64,000 nt of DNA from Octopus sinensis (lineage: Eukaryota): NCBI RefSeq assembly GCF_006345805.1, contig NC_043000.1:125922001-125986000 (forward strand), given 5' to 3'. The number at the start of each line of letters is the position of its first letter. Within the stretch, counting starts at the first letter, position 1. A program made the translations under genes and the position numbers. This document shows, piece by piece, positions 50,728-62,300 of the stretch. Below the pieces are notes generated by a model. The model was given only the letters and a program-made list of their open reading frames with translations. It did not search any database and was not told the DNA's origin.

Positions 50728-52364
50728 GTAACACTTCCTTTTATTATCCATCACTTTTGACTTCCAATGTTTGCTGATTTGTGTTGCATGGTTAACTCTG
50801 TGCTTCCTCAAAACTTATTTTTTAAAAATTCAATAATTACTGAAAAATCAGAAGATGGCAGATTTATCATTATTCTAATGAAATTTATTTTTTATACTTG
50901 ACACAAGACAAGAAAATTTTTCTTTTCTTAGAAAACATAGTAGCATCATCATCATCATATGTCTGCTTTCCAAAAATTTTTTTTGATATTTTAAACATTT
51001 GGGCCCAGGATTGTTTAGAGGGCCTCCAACACTAGTGGGAGGGAAGAAAGTATCTTTAAACTGGAGACCTTACCTGAACACTTACAATTGAGTGGGCTCT
51101 TCTAAAGGTACCAGGTGGTTGTGTTAAACTGGGTGACAGATTAAGTCCTCCACCCAAGTATGCCATGGCTGAATTTGAACCTAGAGAACCAAACTAAATA
51201 CTGCAAGACATCCCATCCAATGCTTTACGATTTCTGCCAATTCACCATCCTAGACTAGTACTTTGACCCTGGACGGAAAAAGGCAAGGTTGAACTCAGAA
51301 CACAAGGTACTGGAGTAAATGCCACTACATATATTGTTCATTCTATTATGACTCTACCGCCAAGTTGTGCACTTCAAAATAACCAAAATATAGCACTTTA
51401 GAGATTGATAAAACATTTAAAATGGATCACTATATTTCAAATAAATATGGCCTAATTTTTAGTTGAAATGCTTGAGACCACTCATTCACAATGTCTGCAT
51501 ATTCCAACAGTGGTGGGTAGTAGTTGAGGTTTCAGTTTTGTTTTATGATGCTTAAATTCTTTGTTGGAATTAAGAGATGTTATTGTCACCAGTGTTACAC
51601 AAGAGAGCAGCTAGGCCACTCACAAAAGATTATTAAACTAAGATAATAAAATTCTGCCGGGGTAGATAAATATATCAGTGCCAATGGACTAGTAACTCGA
51701 CTTATTAAATGGTTTCTTGAACAAATTGTCTTATTATTCATGACTAATTTAAATATGTAAATACTTTCACTTCAATAATTTGTTTCTCAATGAAAATTAG
51801 ACCTCTGCTGGGAAAAGATTTTAAGATTTAGGAAATGAAGTCAAAATGTTTAAAATAATCAGGGTTAAACTGAATTTAAAATTAAATTTATTACTGTCAC
51901 TCGTTATCAATTTTACAATGAGGATATCTAGCCATAAAAAAAAAATTTCTCATCTCAAAACTCATATCTAAATTGGTGTTTTAGTGAACAAAAAAGATAA
52001 TGTATTCACCTAGCTCATATGAGACACTTCAATATATTTTTAGATATCGTGGTATCATGTTATCAACCAGACTCTCAGGTGTTATACATCACTGGTTACA
52101 ATGCACTTCACATTGTTTTAGCTTTCAAATGATGCCACCCTGCTGGCTGGGTGAGCTGACTAACATCGTTTGTGATCAGAAGATTATTCTGTCTCAGGGA
52201 TACCCATTTACAATTGAGTAGACGGGATCAATGTGAAACAGTATTCTACTCAAGAAGACTACTCACTGTTTGGTCTATGAATTGAACCTATGATCTAACC
52301 ATCATGGGTGCAACGCCCTAACCACCAGGTCAAGCACCTTTGCATATCTTTAGATATAATAATA

Positions 52365-52921
52365 TAATAATGAAATTATTGTATACAGTGCTCAGGTGCA
52401 CCACAACTTGTCAAAAGTGCATATAAAGCATATGTAGTAATGTACAAATGCCTGGAAAGATACATGCTTGCATGTGTATGGAGGGGAGAAAATCAGGTGT
52501 AGTGTTGGCGAATCTCAGGAAGAATGGAAGTTTTGAAGGATGCAGTGCTCCGACAACTAACAACTGATGCCGGCAGTTTGTTCCATGCTTCAGCAACTCT
52601 TAGCATGAAAAAATGTTTCCGAAAGTCATGGGAGCTGTGCTGTTTTCTGACTTTGTAAACATGTTCATGGGTGTTAGAGAGGTGGAGTTTGAAAAGGTAC
52701 TCAGAGTTATTGTTTGTAAGATGGTTAATAATTTTATGGGTGTCTGCCAAGTCAGCTGCCAGACGTCAGAGTTTCAATGTATCCATGCCCAGGAAAGTAA
52801 GGTGTTCAGAATATGGCAAATGCCTGACGGAAGGTATTCTCTTGGTTGCACGTCACTGAACAGCTTCCAGACGATTAATATCCTGGACAAGATAGGGGTT
52901 CCAGACCGGTGATGCAAATTC
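52365..52921 (-). mobile_element. Second 5'-truncated CR1-clade LINE copy of the same family
   Basis: The minus frame reads EFASPVWNPYLVQDINRLEAVQ*RATKRIPSVRHLPYSEHLTFLGMDTLKL*RLAADLADTHKII...RKHFFMLRVAEAWNKLP. It shares the 3' UTR GTGCACCTGAGCACTGT with the copy at 4.2 kb and has two TGA stops at Arg positions. Confidence 0.9.
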
Positions 52922-53313
52922 CTACTTTTCCTACTTTGGTATGTACTGCTACAATACTATTTAACTTCAGAATATCAGAAATATGCAGTGATTTACATGT
53001 TAAGATTTCCAAATCTGCGGTAGGTGACTCAGTCCTATGTGTGCTGAGTAAGTTATGGACATTAGAACTTCAAATCTGACATTTGTCATTATTTAAAAAT
53101 TCATTTCAAAAGTTGAGAAGTTCTGTTACTCTGCATGGGTCTGGGGCTTGCAACACTTGGACGTTCCAGGATCTGTGTACTGAATCTGGCTGTGGTTCAT
53201 CCTGTGTCTCACAAGGATTAGTTTCCATGTACTGACACATGCATTAGATCCACCCATTTCCTCTCGGCCTGGTAGATCTTCAGGTTGTGTGGGTTAGTGA
53301 GTTAGTATAATTG

Positions 53314-53648
53314 GGAAGGCACATAGCTTAGTGGTTAGGGCATTCGGCTCACGACTGTAAGGTCATAAGTTCAATTCCTGGCGACGCATTGTGTCCTTAA
53401 GCAAGACACTTTATTTCACGTTGCTCCAGTCCACTCAGCTGGCAAAAATAAGTTGTACCTGTATTCAAAGGGCCAGCCTTGTCACACTCTGTGTCACGCT
53501 GAATCTCCCTGAGAACTACGTTAGGGGTACACATGTCTGTGGAGTGCTCAGTCATTTGCACGTTAATTTCACGAGCAGGCTGTTCCATTGATCGTATCAG
53601 CTGGGACCCTCGTCGTCGTAACCAATGGAGTGTTCCTATAATGGAATA
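53314..53648 (+). mobile_element. tRNA-derived SINE family D with a CORE-like body
   Basis: A box TAGCTTAGTGG and B box AGTTCAATTCC are followed by GTGTCCTTAAGCAAGACACTTTATTTCACGTTGCTCCAGTCCACTCAGCTGGCAAAAAT (recalled as an invertebrate CORE-like domain). The tail also occurs at ~21050-21215. Confidence 0.75.
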
Positions 53649-55537
53649 CAATAGCATGTATGTATGTTTGTGTCCCTTTGTATACAGACAAACAGGCATT
53701 CATACACAGCATAGGGGTTTACATTGCTAAAGCTGTATTATTGTAATAAGTTCCATTTAAATCCTAATAATTAGATACCTTTCCAATATATATTTACATC
53801 CCTATTATATACCAAAATATACCTACTTCTTATTTTCTTGCTTTACTTACGTGACTCTGATTTTGATGTTGCTATTTACTACTCTTCTGTGTTTCTGTGC
53901 AGGCTTTGTTGCTATGGGAACTTGCAAGCTTCCAACCCAGACCACATTTTCAAGTAGAGACCATTTTCACTGGTTAATCTTAAACTATTTGAATTGTCTC
54001 TCCTCTGCAATAATATTATCAGATGTCGTTTTGAGGATTAGAGCATTTTCAATCCTATCAGTTAATAATTGGCTTTAGAATAAACATGTTACTACATTCC
54101 AAATTAAAATATCATATCCCATTACCAGCCAGAATGCTTTATGAAAATATCACTAAACAGAAATATATATGGCATGACTGAGTGGTTAAGAAGTTCACTT
54201 TTCAACCATGAAATCCAAGGTTCAATCCTGCTGTGAAGCATCTGTGACAGGTATATTTACCATACATAACCTTGAGTTAACTTTGGCCTGGCATTGTGAG
54301 TAAAATGAGGTAACTAGAAGCTGTACAGAGCTTTTCATATGGATTGTACTTGTAATCCCAAGGGCCATGTGTCTAAGGAATATTCAACCACCTTGCATGC
54401 TAATTCAATAAGTAAATTGTTCAGTTGATCAAACAACCAGATGCTCATATATCTAAGTCAATGAGTGCCCATCATTAACACCAACTGGATAACTAAATTT
54501 TTAAATAAAACATCCACTTGAATAACTCTTTCTAAAATTGACAGAAGGCCAGTAATTTGGACAGGGAAGCAGGACTAATCAATTACAATGACCTTATTAC
54601 TTGACTAGTGCTTTATTTTATCAACCCCTGAAAGGATAAAAGGTGAAGCTGGCCTCGGCAGAATTTAAACTTTGAACGTAAGGACTTAGAAACAAATATC
54701 ACAGAACAGTTATGCCCAATGCCAGTCAATGCAATAATGACTGATCACAATTCTTCTTAATTTTGTTTCTTAGCTTTGCCATATTGAATCCCTTTCAAAA
54801 TGAATAACATGTTGTTAGAAAATAATGCTTTGATTTCAGGGACTTTATTTTTTAAGTTAGTCGAAGGGAACAATGAAATGTCACAAGTGTAGGAGACCCT
54901 TCTGCACTTATTAGACTGATGTAGCTGATCTTCATTTTGGTCATCCATAGGTTAGTGTCTGGAGAGAGAAATATGAACTGAGACGGTTCCAGAGAGCCAC
55001 AGTTCTGATGTAGGGAGAATGATTGAGAAATATATTTAATGTCAAGTTTTGTAGATAAAACACTAAGGGTGGTGAGACTACAAGAGACAGATGGGACAAA
55101 TAGTCTTGAATGGCGAGGGTATGTAGTTGGCTCCTTGTTCAGAAGAGCAGAAATCATTATAACAGCAATCAAAGAGATAAAGGAAAGAAACGGCATGATA
55201 GTGAACTAGTGATTGAAGTGTTTTAGTGATTGAATCTTTGCCAGTCATTTGAATGGTCTTCTATTTGATAATTGAATGTCCATGTAATGTTTCCGTTGAC
55301 TAGTTATCTGCACAATTTAGTGGTGATTTTAATATAAATTTCTCCATAAAGGGTATTTGTATTATTAAAACTCAGAGTGACAAATTTTGTATGTATTTAT
55401 GTAAGGCTTTTTTTTGTTTTTTTGTTTTTTTAATTCAAATTGATAAAACTGAAAAATAACTAAAATCAGTGGAGTCAAAATATCTGAGTTGAAACTTAAA
55501 TTGAAATGAGTGAGATAATTAAAGGAAAATTCATATA

Positions 55538-55679
55538 GGTGCAGGAGTGACTGTGTGGTAAGTAGCTTGCTTACCAACCACATGGTTCCGGATTCAGTCC
55601 CACTGCATGGCACCTTGGGCAAGTGTCTTCTACTACAGCCTCGGGCCAACCAAAGCCTTATGAGTGGATTTGGTAGACA

Positions 55680-55745
<66 letters not shown>

Positions 55746-56340
55746 TTGTGTGTCTGTGTTTGTACCCCCAACATCGCCTGAAAACTGATGGTGGTGTGTT
55801 TACGTTCCCAGAACTTGGTGGCTCGACAAAAGAGACCGATAGAATAAGTACTAGGCTCCCAAATAATAAGTCCTTGGGTCGATTTGCTCGACTAAAGGCA
55901 GTGCTCCAGCATGGATACAGTCAAATGACTTAAAGAAGTAAAAGAGTAGGTGCAGGCATGGCTGTGTGGTTAAAAAGTTTGCTTTGCAACCATGTGGTAT
56001 CAAGTTCAGTTCCACTGCACAGCAGCTTGGGCAAGTCTCTTCTACCATAGCTCTGGCCTTGTGAGTGAATTTGGTTGACAGAAACTGTGTGGAATCCCAT
56101 CATATGTATATGTATGCATGTATTTGCGATTACACACACACGTACACATGCACCACCTAGCAACTGGTAGTGGTTTATTTACGTCCTTGTAACATAGCGG
56201 TTTCATAAAAGAGATAAATAGCATAAGTACCAGACCTTGAATAAAAGTACTGGGGTTGATTCATTCAACTAAACACTTCAAGTCAGTGCCCTTGCATGGT
56301 CGCCATTCACTGACTGAAATAAGTAAATGATAAAAGATAT
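55538..56340 (+). mobile_element. Two head-to-tail SINE B copies (55538-55948, 55949-56340); other + copies at ~15765-16092, 42525-42880, 59221-59600
   Basis: Both start GGTGCAGG.(A/C)TG.CTGTGTGGT, and both end with the CAGCATGG...CAGTC.AATGACT.AA..AAGTAAA tail or a diverged form of it. Confidence 0.85.
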
Positions 56341-59300
56341 CCAAGATATCCAATGGATCAAAATTTGATTTTTTTTATACTGGATACTCTATAATGCTTT
56401 ATTTGTGGCTGAGGACATGACGACTTTTCAAGTACCAATACCACACTAAAATCTACCCACACATTTTTGTAATGTGCTTGGTTTTCACAAGGGAATCTAG
56501 TCTTATAGAAGCCATGCTAAAATGAAATGTATTTGTGAGATGTAATCCTACAACACGGATATGAGAGCAATAACTCCAATTAAGAATGGGCTTGGACCGT
56601 GGCAACCTGTCCAACTCATGCCTGCATGGAAGGAAGAAGTAAAATGGTGAGAAAGATGCATTCAAACTCAGAGTATATAACATAAAAACACTGGTGGATC
56701 TATTTAAAAGAAGCTAGTGTTTATGTAGTTGCTATGGTGACGTTTTTGTTTCACTGGGGTTGAGGAATTAATCAACTTCCGTAGCAGAAATGGGAGTGTT
56801 GCATTAATGCTTACAACGTTAGAATCCATATTGAGTGAGGGACCAATGGTAAAGGCAAAATTTGAACACATAACCTTTGTTTTATGCTGTTGACATCTTT
56901 GTGTTATAACCATCCCAGAGCTACTTAATTCTACAGATTTTTAGTCAATACATTAAATGCTGGATAATAAGGGGTAGTGAGTACTACATTAAAAATGAAT
57001 TTTTTATCGGCTTGGAAACACCTAGAAGATATATATATATATTAAGAGAGAGATATACAGATGTAATGATTTCTGTGTTTAGTGAGATTAAAGAAAAGAA
57101 GGCAGTGCTTTTAGGAAACATGCACATTTGAAATGTTATATTTACACTCTGGTACTCTCACCATATATGATAAAAATTTCAGGCTGCTATTATTTATATT
57201 ACTTGATATGCTAGAAGTATCAAAGAAAAATTAAAATGTTTGAAATTTCCATGATTTAAAATGAACAGATTAAAACATCAAAAGATTATCAATGTTCTTT
57301 CATTTCCTCTTTCTGCTTCTGCCCAGTTATATATATATGTTAATGCTTGTGTGTCGATAAACATATACATAGATGTGTGGAGGGATGCATGTGTGTGTGT
57401 ATACTTATGTGCATGTATGTAATTGATATGACAGAATTGTCTATGACTACATATGAAAAATATCGAAAATGCACTCAGGATGCCTGGAAGTAAACAGATG
57501 CAATACTCTTTTTTTTTTCTTTTTTCCCCTCCAGATCTGAAAACAAGTATTTCTGTAATAATTTCTCTTGTACGTACCTTGCATAAAACACGGGTTGTTA
57601 TTATTGAAGAAAAATTTTATTAATTTAGTTTTCCATCATGAAAGATCTCTTTAATCTGTGTGCATTTGAAAACAATGTTGCTATATATTATTCGTCCTCC
57701 CAAAATGCACGAATGATGTTTTTGATTTGTGTGTGTGTGTAGTTCGCAATCATTAAAAAAATCTGAGTAAATAAACTGTTCAGAAAAGCAAAAGGAAAGT
57801 CTGGATTTATATTATAACATGATCTTTGGTCAAAGGTGATCCATCATAGACATTTTTTTTCTAAAAATAGTGCAACTGAGCCTACAATTTCCAGCATATC
57901 CAACTTTTTTAAGACAATAGGGTATTATATGAGGGAGATTCAGTTGCTTTTTCTAGCAGATTAAAGAGATTAACTAGTTGATATATACAATATATGTGTG
58001 CAGTTTATAATGCTAGCTGGAATAGACACAAATATAGTGATATTTAAGATCAAGTCAAGATAGGTGACAACTAATGTATGATTCCTTACTACTTTGTTTC
58101 TAGTTTTTGAGCCAATAAAGAAAATTCAACATGGTTGCTCAACATGCTAGAAATAGCTACCAAGTTTCCCTCTTAAATAATATCACACCTTCTTGTGAAA
58201 TGGAATAACATGAACAGTGTAGTCATATATATACATAGAAAATGAGATGGTCAAGCTGGAGTACTTTTAATCATAGGCCTGCTTGGTCAGGACTGACCTT
58301 AAGGTAACTTGGCCTTTTATGGGGAGCTTCAGGTCTGATTCTTCTTGAAACCTTCTTCAGTCAAAGATTTCATTGGAAATCAGTTAATGAATTATTTGCA
58401 AGAATACTTTGAAAATAGATGAAAAAGACTCAAATGAAAAGAACTTAACTTGACCATACGTGGTATTAAGATCATCTAAATCTTTAAATGTCAGTTATGT
58501 AGAAAAATTAGTTAGAAAGTACATCAATGCTTAGCAAGTAGTGCAATCAATAAGTGCACAGGAAATATAACAAGATTTTAAGTAGACTAATAGAGATTGC
58601 ACACTTTCAGAATGACTGATAATGTAAACAATGAAAGATTGAAGACAAACTCTTTAGCAGGGAAGGGCAGCTTGGAGTGGTGGAAATAATTGGAACAGAA
58701 GTTGAATATTCATCTCCATGAATGAAGTAACATAATATAAAGATGACTGAGAATAGATTAATAGGATATCATGAAAAATAAAATTTGTTATCGTTATCGA
58801 GTTGATCATGATCAAGCAAGAATAATAATTATAACAAGTTTTAAATTTCTAGTTTGTAAAAATGAGATGAATTCATATGACTTGTGAGGTGTGTTCTGAT
58901 ACCTTGAGCCCCAAGATTTTCTTTTGAATAGTGTGTTTGTTGTTATGAAGTGTTTACCTACTTGTATATTTGCTTGTCTGTTAAGTTTAAATTGTATTTA
59001 GCTTGTCCTGAATCTAATTATTAATCTGTTAAATGAATACTAAGATGCTAGTCCCCCTAGACAGTATGGCTGTGTAACCAAGAAGTTTGCTTCACAACCA
59101 CAAGGTATAGGATTCAGTTCTACAGTGTGGCACATTGGGTAAGCGTCTTCAATCACCTCAGGCTAACCAGTGACTAGTCTGTGAGTCTGGTACACAGAAA
59201 CTATATAAAGCTCACCATAGGCACAGGAGTGGCTATGTGGTAAGTAGCTTGCTTACCAATCACATTGTTCCTTGTTCATTCCCACTGTGTGGCACCTTGG

Positions 59301-62300
59301 GCAAGTGTCTTCTACTATAGCCTCGGGCTGACCAAAGCCTTGTGAGTGGATTTGGTAGGCGGAAACTGAAAGAAGCCTGTCGTATATATGTATGTGTGTG
59401 TATATTTTTGTGTGTCTTTGTCTCCAAACATCGCTTGACAACCTATGCTGGTGTCTTTACGTCCCCTAACTTAGCAGTTCAGCAAAAGAGACCGATAGAA
59501 TAAGTACTAGGCTTACAAAGAATAAGTCCTGGGGTCGATTTGCTTGAGTAAAGGCAGTACTCCAGCATGGCCGTGGTCAAATAACTGAATCAAGTAAAAA
59601 AAATATGAGAAATAAAGATAAACACAGGTTTATATAGTAGTTCCTATGTATTTCACCATTTATGGTTCTTTGGAGCTCTGGAAGAGGAGTTCCAAATGCT
59701 TGACCACAATGGATCATCAGCAAACACTTTATTGAATCAAGTTACAGATTACTATGTCCCAGTTTCTATTTTGTGCATGCTTGTGTGCACGTGCATGCAT
59801 GCATGAGTGTATGCTGATATTTCACATGTTATTGTGTAAGGAAAACAGTGCTTATGCTGACATTCATAGGTGACAAATCAGTGGCTCTGCACTTTCAAAG
59901 ACCTGTGAAATACAAAAATCCTTTACCTAAAACACAGACAGGATTGGCAACAGGAAGGGCACCCACACATAAAATTCTGCTTCAGATAACTCAATACCTA
60001 CCTCATGCTGTTATGGATAAACAGATTTAAATAAGATGAAAGAAGTTCTTTTTGCATCATGTATTTTTTACATACAGCATACGTGGAATTTATTTGACTG
60101 TATTTGGTTGGATTTTCATGAATGTCATCTCAAATGATGGAAAAATTGAGGAACGGTACTGGGAGAAAATGTTTGAAAATATATAAAGTTATTCCTGTGG
60201 ATATCTAGAAGCTCTAAAATAGACATGTTTTGTTGATGCAATTAACTTCTTTCTTTCTTCAATAATTTTTAGTTGGAATGAACAGGTCAACAAGGAAATA
60301 TTACTAAAATTAAGTTATAATCACCTGAAGCTAAAATGCAAAAGGAGCAGACATGAATGACGAATTAAATGAGGAGGTTCAGTAGAGAAAAAATAAATTT
60401 AATAAAAAACAATTTAAATAATTGCAAAATATCATCCTCAGATTATTTCAGTTTGTTTATCAATTTAAATTAAAAAGATTAAATAGCAGCTTGGTTTTTT
60501 GCTATTTTTTCTTTTTCTCATTTTGTAACCTTTCCTCCACCCTCAACTTCCATTAATTGAGGATAGTGGATTGCTTTGATAACTGGATTGATTTGTACCT
60601 CTTGACCTTTGTAAAAACTTCTTTCTGCCATTCAATGAAGTAATCCGACACTCTGCTAACGCGATGTTTTTCATCTTGTATACCTGTGACATTAGTCCTG
60701 ACATTTCATTAAATGCGGTGTCTCTGAGAACTGTAAACAAATACGAGGTCAACAGCCAGCAAAGTCTTCTTCATGTTTGAACATCGAATAAATACTCTGA
60801 CCACTACGTTTATGTGTGCATGTGTAAGGTGTTTTATTGAAATGTAGCTTACATTGATGTAAATAGTAAAACATCAAATTAGCCCAGCATTGATGTCCCT
60901 TGTTCAGTAAATCAACTTTTCAACTTTACTTCGGTTCAACTTTGAAAGACATTAAATACTGCAAAGCGCCACAGTTCAAATGGCTATAATTCAGAAGCCA
61001 TTAGTCTCCACTGAATTACCATTTTTGTATTTTTATAGGTATAGTCACTTAGTAAATTATTTCGTACTTTCGCTCAGCTATTTTAATAGGAATGTTAACA
61101 TGGAAGAATATTGATGATGATGATCATCATCATCGTAATAATAATAATGATGATGACGATGATGGGCACTCCATGCTTTCTCACATTATCCTATTCTCAT
61201 TTTACTATTAGCAGAGGAGGAAATCATTTTTATGTAGTTTTAAAACTAATTATTGGAAAACATATGCTTTTTGTTTTTAAAGTACTTTTCAGGCAAATCA
61301 TTGCAATTCTCTCCACTTAGCCTGAAATGATTTTCTTCTCTGGTTCAGTATGTTAGAAAAGTGGTTCTCTTCTCAACCCTTTTCTCTCTCCATCTCTCTC
61401 TCTCATACACACACACACACCAAAGTTATTAAAATTTTTGCCATGCATTCTGAACCTATTCAACGTGTTATTGTACCAATGTACCATAACGTATTCAGTT
61501 ATTGTAGTTTACAGAGTAATGAACCTTAAACAAAGTTATTCTACAATACATTACAAAGATAGTAAATTAGAATTTTAGGGTAAAGAGATTCGGGTTAATG
61601 GCTCAAACCGTAACATCAGAAGTCAGTTTGCTATCTTCATTGCAAGATAGTTCCTATGATGAGATTTTTTTTAATGAGGAAGAACTTGTAAACATTTTAT
61701 GGTTACCTTACATATCTGAATCTGTGAAAACATTTTCTAGTTTGTCATTATTAAAACTAGGCATGAAGCAATGTGGTGTAAATTAATTTCAGGTATTAAT
61801 CTCTTAACTTTAAGTAACTGACAATAAATAACTGTTAAATTTTAGTGTTGAGAATTACCTTTTTACTATGTAAGTAACGAATATATTTTCATTAAGACTA
61901 AATCATTTAACTATTTCTCTAATTACTCATACAAATTCATGATATCTTATGAATACTTATGTATACTTATTAATTCCTCATAGCTACTTCAAGATAAAAT
62001 GTGTAGCTACATACAATATAGCTATTCTTGTAGTATTTCTATTACTTCTTCATTTTCTTCTTATAATGATCTCAAAGAATTTCCATGGCTTTCACTAGTG
62101 CAAGTACAGAATTTGCTTCATCTTTTAAATTCATTGAAACTTACATTTGTGATTTCAGTTTAGCTGGTAGCTAATGTATGGTTTGGGTTCCCCCCATCCT
62201 CATCTCCACTCCATCAAATTCTTTATCAAATACTATTCTGTTTTTCTTTCTTTTTTTTATGTATATTTTCATATAGAAAATTTAGAAAATGTTGACATTG

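Noticed and set aside
53314-53390. tRNA gene
   Set aside because: A and B boxes are present, but there is no proper acceptor stem and the sequence continues into a SINE body; it is a SINE head. The same applies to all family A and B heads.
53903-53953. 51-nt phase 2-2 cassette exon (RLCCYGNLQASNPDHIF)
   Set aside because: The acceptor is reasonable and the frame is open, but the donor GTAGAG is poor and the peptide is not kinesin-like. Only RNA-seq could rescue it.
54840-54856. Next KIF13 exon (ttgatttcAG|G GAC TTT...) starting R-D as expected
   Set aside because: An in-frame TAA follows after four codons and there is no similarity to the expected SLAKLRE...KAN...REAN segment.
61021-61045. 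Recursive-splice (AG|GT) ratchet point
   Set aside because: TTTTTATAG|GTATAG has only a weak regenerated donor and is expected by chance in AT-rich introns.
61598-61786. Penelope-like ORF remnant (LWLPYISE...)
   Set aside because: Only one short LPY-like motif is present, with no RT or GIY-YIG motifs nearby.
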